This document shows positions 18,191 through 26,658 of a stretch of 35,823 bases of DNA, in pieces (position 1 is the stretch's first letter; each line of letters begins with the position of its first letter). The position numbers were made by a program, and so were the translations under genes. Location: the sequence record SRR20825006_1377; one strand, written 5' to 3'. The notes under the pieces were generated by a model. The model searched no databases. It worked only from the letters and a program-made list of their open reading frames with translations, and was not told the origin of the DNA.

Positions 18191-18700
18191 ATGACGACCC
18201 ATCTCTTTGTCTATGCCTGCCTCACCATCGGACTTTCTGCCGCCCTCGTCGGCGGTGTGTTTCAAGCCTTCTCCGATTTCGTAATGGCCGGCCTCATCCG
18301 CGCCGCGCCAGCTGGCGGCATCGACTCCATGCAACAGATCAACCGGACAGTGTTTCGCTCGGCATTTCTGGCGATCACGTTGGCATTGGCACCTATCATG
18401 CTCGCCGCCTCCCTTTATGCCTGGCAAAGCCTGGAAGGGTCACCAAAGATCCTGATACTGATCGGAACCGCGATCTACATGACGGCCGTGCTCGGGGTCA
18501 CCATGTTCGGCAACGTTCCGATGAATAAACATCTCGACGGCCTTACGCCTTCTTCGCCGGATGCCGCGATCTATTGGAAGAGGTTCGGTACCGTCTGGAC
18601 AGGGTGGAACCATGTTCGCACTTTCGGGGCGATTATTGCCGCCATCTGCTTCCTGCTAGCTGCAACTGGTTTGCCCGACACCCTTGCTGCCATGACTTAG
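18191..18700 (+). CDS. DUF1772/anthrone oxygenase family membrane protein
   Basis: GGVFQAFSDFVM, MQQIN, GNVPMN and WTGWNHVRT. Confidence 0.88.
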   Translation: MTTHLFVYACLTIGLSAALVGGVFQAFSDFVMAGLIRAAPAGGIDSMQQINRTVFRSAFLAITLALAPIMLAASLYAWQSLEGSPKILILIGTAIYMTAVLGVTMFGNVPMNKHLDGLTPSSPDAAIYWKRFGTVWTGWNHVRTFGAIIAAICFLLAATGLPDTLAAMT

Positions 18701-19374
18701 CTCTGGCCGAACCGGCGCACCAGGTTGGAAATGCTCTTCGACAGAACCAGCATTTCCGGAGACTGAAGATCCAGCCTGCCCGACAGGCTGGATCGCAGAT
18801 TCTCAAGATCAAAGATGATCTCCCGTACCGCCGCATCTGGCACGCTGCTCTCAATCCAGCCAACACAGACGAGCCGCTTGCCGGAAGTCACCGGCGCAAC
18901 CCGGTGCAGACTGGTCGATGGATAGAGCACCATGTCTCCCGCGTCCAATTTGATGGACTGGGTCATCCCCGCCAGATCGATCTCCAGCTCGCCCCCCTCA
19001 TAGTCGCCCGGATCGGACAGGAAGAGCGTGAAAGAAAAGTCGGTGCGCAAGCGCGACTCCCCTGCTCCCATGAATGGATTGTCGACGTGATGACCGTATC
19101 CGCCGCCCTCCTCGGTCCGGCTGACAATCAGTTTCGAGAACTGGCGTGGCTGGGCCGCCGCACGCAGAACAGGGTGTCGCTCCACCTTGGCCTTCAGCAG
19201 CTGGCGAACCTGAGCGCCGGTACGGGATGTCAGATCTGCTTGCTGGTTGCGCTTGACCGCCCGGGCCATGCCACCGGCCGTTTCTGCGCCATCGCGCCAG
19301 CCGAGTGTTGCGACCAGATCGCGGACATCACGCAGGTCGGCCTCATCGAGTACGTTGGAAAGGGTCAAAAGCAT
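18697..19374 (-). CDS. piuC: PKHD-type Fe(II)/2-oxoglutarate-dependent dioxygenase (PiuC/YbiX)
   Basis: WRDGAETAG, KRNQQ, YGHHVDN (HxD), RTDFSFTLFLSDP..YEGGEL, LYPSTSLHRV and WIES. Confidence 0.93.
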   Translation of the reverse strand: MLLTLSNVLDEADLRDVRDLVATLGWRDGAETAGGMARAVKRNQQADLTSRTGAQVRQLLKAKVERHPVLRAAAQPRQFSKLIVSRTEEGGGYGHHVDNPFMGAGESRLRTDFSFTLFLSDPGDYEGGELEIDLAGMTQSIKLDAGDMVLYPSTSLHRVAPVTSGKRLVCVGWIESSVPDAAVREIIFDLENLRSSLSGRLDLQSPEMLVLSKSISNLVRRFGQS

Positions 19375-19386
19375 GTTGCGCCTACT

Positions 19387-19424
19387 TGCGAATAATTTGC
19401 ATTTGCGTCATTCAGCGCTATAGC
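19387..19424. promoter_or_regulatory. Fur-type iron box overlapping a sigma70-like promoter between divergent piuC and lipoprotein genes
   Basis: TGCGA-ATAAT-TTGCA (19387-19401) is one mismatch from TGCGA-N5-TCGCA. It overlaps TTGCAT (19397-19402)-N16-TATAGC (19419-19424). Confidence 0.65.
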
Positions 19425-19450
19425 AGATCGACGCAAAGAGGAAGTATATC

Positions 19451-20302
19451 ATGGCCTTTGACACCAAACTGAAGCAGTGGACCAGTCTTGGTCTGGGCAC
19501 CGTCCTGATGACTGGCGCGCTTGCAGGTTGCAGTGAGCCTGCCGCCCCTGCCGACGAGGCAGGCACAGAGATCGCGCAGCGTGAAACACCTGCAGAAGTG
19601 GATCCAACCGCAGAAGCCAACACACTGGCCACTGAAGGCGGCGAAGGCGAAGGCGGTGTGACCATTGACGCCGCCTATACCGACCCGGTCGTGTACAAGG
19701 CCGCGCTGGCCATTGCAGCAGCCCACGTCCTGGCCGCGCGCGACGCCTACGCCAAAGGCGAAACGACCGCCGCGGCTGAAATGTACGCGCATCCGGTCTC
19801 CGAAGTCCTGTTCGACATGGAGCCGGTCTTTGCAGCTCAAGGCGTCGCCGACTTTACCGACCTGTTTACAGACACGTCTGCAGCGGTCTTTGCCGGGGAA
19901 AGCCAGGAACAGATCAACGCCCGCACGGACGCGACCCTTGCCGCGCTCGACAAAGCCGCCGAGAGCGCCCCCGCCACCGACATGTCCGACGCCATGGTCA
20001 GCGCCCATGTCGCCTCCGACCAGATCGATCGCGCATCCGACATGTATCGCCTGTCGCTCGATTCTGATTTCTACGAGACGTATCTGGACGGCTACGGCTT
20101 CTATCAGGCCGCCGAGCGCGCCTTTACGCAAGCGGAAAGCGACATCACGGCCGAAAATTCCGATGCAGCAGAATCCATTCGCGCGGCGCTTGGCCTGTTG
20201 GCTGAAGCCTACCCGACCGCGCTTCGCCCTGACCCAATGGACGCTGATGCTGCAGCCCTCGCCGTTGCGGCGTCGGAAGTACAGTTGGCGCTGAGCCAGT
20301 AG
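19451..20302 (+). CDS. Acidic alpha-helical lipoprotein with EGGEGEGG motif, putative iron-binding
   Basis: GAGGAAG RBS and lipobox LAGC (Cys27). Motifs EGGEGEGG, AAHV, MYAHPVSEV and YETYLDGYGF. Confidence 0.8.
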   Translation: MAFDTKLKQWTSLGLGTVLMTGALAGCSEPAAPADEAGTEIAQRETPAEVDPTAEANTLATEGGEGEGGVTIDAAYTDPVVYKAALAIAAAHVLAARDAYAKGETTAAAEMYAHPVSEVLFDMEPVFAAQGVADFTDLFTDTSAAVFAGESQEQINARTDATLAALDKAAESAPATDMSDAMVSAHVASDQIDRASDMYRLSLDSDFYETYLDGYGFYQAAERAFTQAESDITAENSDAAESIRAALGLLAEAYPTALRPDPMDADAAALAVAASEVQLALSQ

Positions 20303-20317
20303 TGGCAATTTGACCTC

Positions 20318-20360
20318 CGCAAGGCCTTGCTCGCACGCTGTCGCAGAGTAAGGCCTTGCG
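20318..20360. repeat. 15-bp inverted repeat with self-palindromic arms (hairpin or paired operator)
   Basis: CGCAAGGCCTTGCTC (20318-20332) and GAGTAAGGCCTTGCG (20346-20360), 13-nt loop, no U-tract. Confidence 0.7.
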
Positions 20361-20446
20361 CCCCCCGCACATGTCATTACCGTAGGGGGACATGTAGAGA
20401 GGCGCCGCCAAGACGCGCCCGGTATTTTCGGGAGGATTTTCGGCGG

Positions 20447-21964
20447 ATGACCGACACGACAGCTGGCCAAACGGCCACGGGCGGACACATCACAGGCTTC
20501 GGTTCAAAAGGCTATCGCACCTATGTGCTGATCGCCCTGATGCTGGTCTACACGCTGAACTTCATCGACCGAACGCTCATTTCGGTCGTTGCCCAGCCGA
20601 TCATCAACACATTTCAGCTGAATGATACGCAATGGGGCCTCTTGTCCGGGCCGCCCTTCGCATTGTTCTATGCCGCTATGGGCATACCGATCGCGATGTG
20701 GGCCGACCGCGCCAATCGCGTATTGATCATTGCGCTCTGCATCATCGTCTGGTCCGTCATGACAGCGCTTTGCGGGGTCGCTTCAGGCTTCATCTGGCTA
20801 CTCGTCTTTCGCGTCGGCGTTGCCGTCGGCGAAGCTGGCTGCACACCGCCCGCCAACTCGTTGATCACTGACTATTACCCCCCGAAAAGCCGCGCGGGTG
20901 CGCTCGGCATCTATTCCATGGGCGTCACGCTTGGCGGCGTGCTTGCGCAACTCTTCGGCGGCACGATTGCCGGCATCAAGGGGGCTGATTTCGGCAACTG
21001 GATCGGTTCGCTCGGTCTTGGGGGTTTGTTTGGTAATCTCGACTGGTCGACCGTGGAAGGCTGGCGTATCGCGTTTGTGGTTGTCGGCGCGCCGGGCGTG
21101 CTGATCGCGATCATCCTGATGTTCACCATCAAGGAACCTCCTCGCGGCTATTCCGACCCGCCCTCGGCAAAGGGCAATGGCAAGGCCCCTTTCTTTGATG
21201 CCTTCCGTGAATTTTCTGCCAAGCCGACATTCTGGTGGCTATCGCTCGGCGCCGCTCTGGTGGCCTTTGTCGGCTATGGACTGATCAGCTTCCAGGCGCC
21301 TTTCCTCCAGCGCGTTCATGGTATTGATGTGCGCGACGCTGCCGTACTCTATGGCGCGCCGCTGGCTGCAGTTGCCGCTCTCGGCACATTCCTCGGCGGG
21401 TACATCTCGGAAAAGCTCGCAGGCCGCTTCTCCACGATCTCGGCATGGCTCCCGGGCGTTGGCCTGCTGATTGCCGTGCCCGCCTATGTTGGTGCCTTCT
21501 TTGCCCCGACCATCGAGATCGCCTTTGGTCTGTGGATCATCGCGGGCACGATGCACTACGCCTATCTTTCCAGCCAGTACATGGTCGGCACGGCCATTGT
21601 CAGCCCACAGTCGCGCGCCACCACGATTGCCGTGCTGCTGCTGATTGTCAGCCTGATCGGCAATGGCATTGGCCCGCTCTTTGTCGGGGCGATGAGCGAT
21701 TTCTTCATGGGACAGGAAATCGGCAAAGCCGGCCTGTCAGCCTTTGCGGACGCCTTCAATCCGCGCCTCTGCGGCACGGACCCGGCTGCCCTCGGCGCGG
21801 AAGGCCCTGAGCTTTGCCGCGCCTATGCCAATGGCCTGCGCCACTCCATGGCCGCGACGGTCTTGTTCTTCATCGTCGCCGCATTTTGCTACTTCATGGC
21901 TTCGCGTTCATTCATGAGGGATCGGTACAATCCCGATTCCCCAGCCGCCGACATGAATTCCTGA
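20447..21964 (+). CDS. Spinster-family MFS transporter (copy 1)
   Basis: GGAGG precedes ATG 20447. Motifs YTLNFIDR, GIPIAMWADR, RVGVAVGEAGCTPPANSLITDYYP and KEPPRG. Confidence 0.92.
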   Translation: MTDTTAGQTATGGHITGFGSKGYRTYVLIALMLVYTLNFIDRTLISVVAQPIINTFQLNDTQWGLLSGPPFALFYAAMGIPIAMWADRANRVLIIALCIIVWSVMTALCGVASGFIWLLVFRVGVAVGEAGCTPPANSLITDYYPPKSRAGALGIYSMGVTLGGVLAQLFGGTIAGIKGADFGNWIGSLGLGGLFGNLDWSTVEGWRIAFVVVGAPGVLIAIILMFTIKEPPRGYSDPPSAKGNGKAPFFDAFREFSAKPTFWWLSLGAALVAFVGYGLISFQAPFLQRVHGIDVRDAAVLYGAPLAAVAALGTFLGGYISEKLAGRFSTISAWLPGVGLLIAVPAYVGAFFAPTIEIAFGLWIIAGTMHYAYLSSQYMVGTAIVSPQSRATTIAVLLLIVSLIGNGIGPLFVGAMSDFFMGQEIGKAGLSAFADAFNPRLCGTDPAALGAEGPELCRAYANGLRHSMAATVLFFIVAAFCYFMASRSFMRDRYNPDSPAADMNS

Positions 21965-21992
21965 AACACAGCGACGGAAAGACACAAGTAGA

Positions 21993-23477
21993 ATGACAGA
22001 CACGACCGCTGCGCTCGACGAGAAACCCGGTTTTGAAACCGGCTATCGCACCAAGGGATATCGCGCCTATGTGCTCGGCTCCCTGCTCATCGTCTACATC
22101 TTCAATTTCATTGATCGGTCCATCTTCGGCATCCTGACCGATCCGATCCGCAACAGCCTTGGTCTGGAAGACTGGCAGATGGGTCTGCTCGGGGGTCTGG
22201 CATTCGCCACGTTCTACACCACGCTCGGTATTCCGATTGCCCGTTTTTCGGAGAAGACGAGCCGCATGATGATTATCGTGGCCTCATTGACGATGTGGAG
22301 CCTGATGACCGTCCTTTGCGGATTTGCCGTCAGTTTCGCGACCATGTTTGCCTTCCGCCTTCTGGTCGGAGTTGGTGAGGCAGGGTGTACGCCGCCGGCG
22401 CAATCGGTCATCGCCGACTATTTCAAGCCCGGTAGTCGGGCGACCGCCGCCTCAATCTACGCGCTTGGCGTGCCGCTTGGTGGCATGTGCGCCGGTCTCG
22501 CCGCAGGCCCGATCAATGATTATGTTACGGGCGAGAATGTCCACGCCCTGCTGGAAGGATGGGGCTGGACTTGGGTCGCAGACATGATCGACTGGAAGAG
22601 CCTCGAAGGCTGGCGCATTGCGTTCATTGCGGTCGGCCTGCCCGGCCTGGTGTTCGCGCTGATCATCGGCCTCACGGTCAAGGAGCCGCCGCGCGGCTAC
22701 ACCGATCCGCCGAATGCTGCGAAGCCGGAACGGGAATCCTTCGGCGCCGCACTGAAGAAGCTCAGCAAGAAGCCGACCTATGTGCATGTCGTCTTTGGCG
22801 CAGCGCTCGCCTCATTTGCAGGATACGGGATCGCGGCCTTCTCCACCTCCTTCCTGCTGCGCACGCATGAACTGACCCTCACACAAGCCGCCCTCATCTT
22901 CTCTCTGGTGCTGGGCCTGATGGCTGCCATTGGTGTGTTCCTGTCTGGCTTCCTCGCTGATCGCCTCGCGAAACGCTACCCGACGGCCCTGTCCTGGATG
23001 CCTGCTCTCGGCATGGGCCTGTCGGTTCCGCTCTACTGGCTCGGCTATCTCAGCCCGTCGGTCGCGCTGATGCTGCCACCGCTCATGGCCGCCGCCATGC
23101 TGCACTATTTTTATCTCGGGCCAATGTATGCCGTCTCAGCCGGCGTCGTGGATGCGCGCACGCGGGCGACCGCCGTGGCCATCACGCTCTTTGCCGTCAA
23201 CCTGATCGGGCTCGGCCTTGGCCCCACCCTGATCGGTCTGTTGTCCACAGTGCTGAAGACGATGATGCTGTCGGGTGCCGATCTCGGTCTGACACTGGAC
23301 CTCTGCAAGGAAGCTGCAAGCCTCAGCGCCGACCAGGTTGCCGCCTGTACCAGCGCCGACGCACGCGGCCTGCAATGGTCGATTATCATCTTCGCATCGA
23401 TCTATGGCTGGGCAGCAATCCACTATCTGCTGGCTGGGAAGACGCTGCAGCGTGACATGGTCGCCAAGACCGCCTAA
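21993..23477 (+). CDS. Spinster-family MFS transporter (copy 2)
   Basis: YIFNFIDR, RLLVGVGEAGCTPPAQSVIADYF, KEPPRG and NLIGLGLGP. Confidence 0.92.
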   Translation: MTDTTAALDEKPGFETGYRTKGYRAYVLGSLLIVYIFNFIDRSIFGILTDPIRNSLGLEDWQMGLLGGLAFATFYTTLGIPIARFSEKTSRMMIIVASLTMWSLMTVLCGFAVSFATMFAFRLLVGVGEAGCTPPAQSVIADYFKPGSRATAASIYALGVPLGGMCAGLAAGPINDYVTGENVHALLEGWGWTWVADMIDWKSLEGWRIAFIAVGLPGLVFALIIGLTVKEPPRGYTDPPNAAKPERESFGAALKKLSKKPTYVHVVFGAALASFAGYGIAAFSTSFLLRTHELTLTQAALIFSLVLGLMAAIGVFLSGFLADRLAKRYPTALSWMPALGMGLSVPLYWLGYLSPSVALMLPPLMAAAMLHYFYLGPMYAVSAGVVDARTRATAVAITLFAVNLIGLGLGPTLIGLLSTVLKTMMLSGADLGLTLDLCKEAASLSADQVAACTSADARGLQWSIIIFASIYGWAAIHYLLAGKTLQRDMVAKTA

Positions 23478-23486
23478 TCGGTCTTC

Positions 23487-24467
23487 ATGGCTGTTTACAC
23501 TCAGGTTTCAGACGACGCGCTGGCGGCGTTTCTCGACGAATACAATCTCGGCAAGGCCCTGTCTTTCAAGGGCATTGCCGAGGGCGTCGAGAATTCGAAC
23601 TACTATCTCGAAACCACGACGGGCCGGTTCATTCTTACCCTGTTCGAAAAACGGGTGAATGCGGATGACCTGCCCTATTTCATTGGCCTGAAACAGCATC
23701 TGGCGGGCAAGGGCTTCCCCTGCCCGGAGCCCATCCTCGCGAAAGACGGCAAAGCGCTCCGCACGCTCGAGGGACGGCCCGCGGTGATCGTGTCTTTCCT
23801 TGATGGACTCTCGCCGAAAAAGCCGACTCCCGCCCAGTGCCGTGGTCTGGGGGAAGGTCTCGCGCGGATGCATGTCACGCTTTCAGATTTTGAGATGACC
23901 CGTCCCAACAGTCTTGGTCCATCGGCATGGCCGCGCCTCTGGGCAGGCCAGTCAGATGAGGCCGAAAAACTGCAACCCGGCTTGTCAGCCCTGATCGACG
24001 AAGCCCTTGCTGATATCGCAGAGGCCAAGCCACAAAGCCTGACCCTGCCGCGCGGGACCATTCATGCCGATCTCTTCCCGGACAATGCGTTTTTCCTGGG
24101 CGAAGACTTTTCCGGCATTATCGATTTCTATTTCGCCTGCACAGATGCGCTCGCCTATGACCTCGCCATCTGCCTGAATGCATGGGCCTTTGATGACAAT
24201 CCGGGGCGCGGTGCCATCGACTATAATTTTTCCAAGGGCGCAAACCTGATCGCAGGCTATGAGAGCGTGCGCCCGCTGGAACCGACTGAACGCGACGCCT
24301 TGCCCCTGCTCGCACGTGGCGCGGCGCTGCGTTTCTTCCTGACGCGGATGGTGGACTGGACCTCGACGCCTGAGGGCGCCCTCGTAAAGCCCAAGAATCC
24401 CCTCGAATATGCCGGCCGCCTCGCCTTTCATCGCAAGGTGACGAGTGCGGAAGGCTATGGTGCATGA
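23487..24467 (+). CDS. thrB: Homoserine kinase type II
   Basis: MAVYT, KGIAEGVENSNY, ILTLFEKR, IHADLFPDN, IIDFYFAC and ALRFFLTR. Confidence 0.96.
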   Translation: MAVYTQVSDDALAAFLDEYNLGKALSFKGIAEGVENSNYYLETTTGRFILTLFEKRVNADDLPYFIGLKQHLAGKGFPCPEPILAKDGKALRTLEGRPAVIVSFLDGLSPKKPTPAQCRGLGEGLARMHVTLSDFEMTRPNSLGPSAWPRLWAGQSDEAEKLQPGLSALIDEALADIAEAKPQSLTLPRGTIHADLFPDNAFFLGEDFSGIIDFYFACTDALAYDLAICLNAWAFDDNPGRGAIDYNFSKGANLIAGYESVRPLEPTERDALPLLARGAALRFFLTRMVDWTSTPEGALVKPKNPLEYAGRLAFHRKVTSAEGYGA

Positions 24468-25051
24468 CAGAGTTCGGACCAAATGGTGAGGTGGTTGGCA
24501 CCGGTCCGTCTGACCTTTCGGTCGACTATCGAGCCCTCAGCAAGGACCGAAAGATCCGCCGTGTAAAACTCGGCCTGCTCTTGTCCTCCCTGGCGGCGTG
24601 CCTTGGCGTTACGCTGATCGGACTTTTCCTGACCTTTGTCTTTGGCGTGCTCGAAGGGATTGGCATGTTGCCCACCATGTTCGATCGCCCAAATAGCGGC
24701 TTCCTGTTCGGCATCCAGATGGCTGCGATGATGTCCCTGTTCAACTTCATCCTGTGCTTCGTCACCGTGCCAGCCGCGTGGCTGGCCATGGGTCTGTCCA
24801 TCGGCAGGTTCCCGCATCAGGGAATCGCGGCCCGCGCGCCCTACTTGCGCTGGGCCAGCATCTGGGGCGCCCTGCTCGTCGGTGGCACGACAGGGGGATT
24901 CGGCGTGACAGCGTCGCTGTTGACCGGCCTCGGCGCAGCCCTCACCGGCGCCTGTATCGGTGCGCTGGCCGGCCTCGTCTGCGGCCTGCTCTTTCTCGCC
25001 ATCGTCAAGCCCGCGCAACAACTGCATGAGGCAGACATCAGCGTCTTCTGA
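24464..25051 (+). CDS. Hypothetical 4-TM membrane protein
   Basis: ATGA overlap with the thrB stop. Four Gly-rich hydrophobic segments; ends ...HEADISVF. Confidence 0.8.
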   Translation: MTEFGPNGEVVGTGPSDLSVDYRALSKDRKIRRVKLGLLLSSLAACLGVTLIGLFLTFVFGVLEGIGMLPTMFDRPNSGFLFGIQMAAMMSLFNFILCFVTVPAAWLAMGLSIGRFPHQGIAARAPYLRWASIWGALLVGGTTGGFGVTASLLTGLGAALTGACIGALAGLVCGLLFLAIVKPAQQLHEADISVF

Positions 25052-25089
25052 TGCTTGACGGACCCGCCAAAGCCCCGCACCTGAAAGCC

Positions 25090-25533
25090 ATGACTGACAA
25101 GATCGAAATCTGGACAGATGGTGCCTGCAGCGGCAATCCCGGCCCCGGCGGCTGGGGCGCCCTGCTCGTGGCCGGCGGCAACCGCAAGGAACTCTGGGGC
25201 GGCGACAAGGCCACCACAAATAACCGTATGGAAATGCTGGCCGTGATCGAGGCGCTGAACGCGCTGAAAGGTCCGTCCAGGATCACTCTGCACGTCGATT
25301 CCACTTATGTGAAAGACGGCCTGACCAAATGGATACATGGCTGGAAACGCAATGGCTGGAAGACCGCCGCAAAGAAGCCGGTCAAGAATCAGGATCTCTG
25401 GATGGCGATGGACGAAGCCTGTCAGCGCCATGACATCACCTGGAAATGGGTGAAAGGCCATGCCGGTGACCCCGGCAATGAAAAGGCCGACGAACTGGCC
25501 CGGCGCGGCACGGAAGAGGCGCGCGGACGCTAG
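25090..25533 (+). CDS. rnhA: Ribonuclease HI (alternative in-frame start at 25051)
   Basis: [33 protein letters not shown] and [16 protein letters not shown]. Confidence 0.97.
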   Translation: MTDKIEIWTDGACSGNPGPGGWGALLVAGGNRKELWGGDKATTNNRMEMLAVIEALNALKGPSRITLHVDSTYVKDGLTKWIHGWKRNGWKTAAKKPVKNQDLWMAMDEACQRHDITWKWVKGHAGDPGNEKADELARRGTEEARGR

Positions 25534-26582
25534 GTGCCCGACACCAGTCTCTCTGCGGCTCGCTTCAGCGCCGTATCATCCAGGCTCTCCAACCTGACCA
25601 TATCTACCGGCGCATCTTCGCGCCGTTTGCGGCTGCGCGCATAGAGTGGATCGTAGTGCCGGTCCATCAACTGGCGCGCCAGCGCGCGATAGTCTCCCGC
25701 CTCCGCCAATGCCTGCCACTCGGCCAGCGTCTCTTTCGACTGCAGGCCCTTCAGCTTGGCGAGCGCTTCCATCAGCCGGTCCTTGTCCCGGATGATGTCT
25801 TCATAGGCAGAGAGCAGGAAGTCTGCCCGCACGTCTGAAGGAACCCTCATCTCGATACGCGGCGCCGCCAGCATGGAGTGCCACAGGCGCCGGGGCACGC
25901 GGCACCGGCCGACCCGCGCGGACTCCGCCTCGACAAAGACCGGACGGCTCAGATCGAACTGACGCAACTGCTGCCAGATGCCGCTTTCGAACAAGCGCTG
26001 CGCTGGCTGTGGCGCGTCACCAAGATCACCAAAAGCCGAACCGCGATGATGGGCGAGACCTTCCAGGTCAATCACCTGCCCGCCCGCCGCTGCAATGGCC
26101 TGCAACAACGCCGTCTTGCCCGTGCCGGTTTGGCCATCGATCAGGCGCACCGGCAGCCGGCTGTCCTCATGCTCCAGCCCTGTTACGACTTCCCGCCGCC
26201 ACGTCTTGTACCCTCCCTTCACCACGCCGCTCGGCCAGCCGACCGAGGACAGGATCGTCGCCATGGAGTTCGAGCGCATCCCGCCACGCCAGCAATAGAC
26301 TAGCGGTCGCCAACTCTTCGGCTTGTCTGCCAGCGCGGTCTCCAAGTGGTGCGCAATATTGCGCGCCACAATTGCGCCACCGACGCGATTGGCGCGGAAC
26401 GGGCTCTCCTGCTTGTAGATGGTGCCAACGCGCGCGCGCTCTTCATTCGACAGCACCGGCAGACTGATGGCGCCCGGCATGTGATCATCCGCGAACTCGG
26501 CCGGAGAGCGCACGTCAATGATCGCATCGTAGCGCGACAGGTTTTCCGGGCTGATATCCGTGACGGTTTCGAGATAAGGCAT
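25530..26582 (-). CDS. mnmH: tRNA 2-selenouridine(34) synthase
   Basis: Rhodanese domain IDVRSPAEF...[11 protein letters not shown]-loop [26 protein letters not shown] and HYDPLY. Confidence 0.95.
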   Translation of the reverse strand: MPYLETVTDISPENLSRYDAIIDVRSPAEFADDHMPGAISLPVLSNEERARVGTIYKQESPFRANRVGGAIVARNIAHHLETALADKPKSWRPLVYCWRGGMRSNSMATILSSVGWPSGVVKGGYKTWRREVVTGLEHEDSRLPVRLIDGQTGTGKTALLQAIAAAGGQVIDLEGLAHHRGSAFGDLGDAPQPAQRLFESGIWQQLRQFDLSRPVFVEAESARVGRCRVPRRLWHSMLAAPRIEMRVPSDVRADFLLSAYEDIIRDKDRLMEALAKLKGLQSKETLAEWQALAEAGDYRALARQLMDRHYDPLYARSRKRREDAPVDMVRLESLDDTALKRAAERLVSGT

Positions 26583-26658
26583 CTCTCTTCGATTAGCAGG
26601 TTTTGTTTGCCCCGCCAGTGCCCGGCGCGGTAAGCCTGCAGCCCGAGAGGATCCCATC

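Noticed and set aside
20317-20330. 14-nt match (CCGCAAGGCCTTGC) to the tRNA-Leu variable arm/T-stem as an att remnant
   Set aside because: It is short, largely palindromic and GC-rich, excludes the tRNA 3' end, and lies on the 5' side of the tRNA, so it is probably coincidence.
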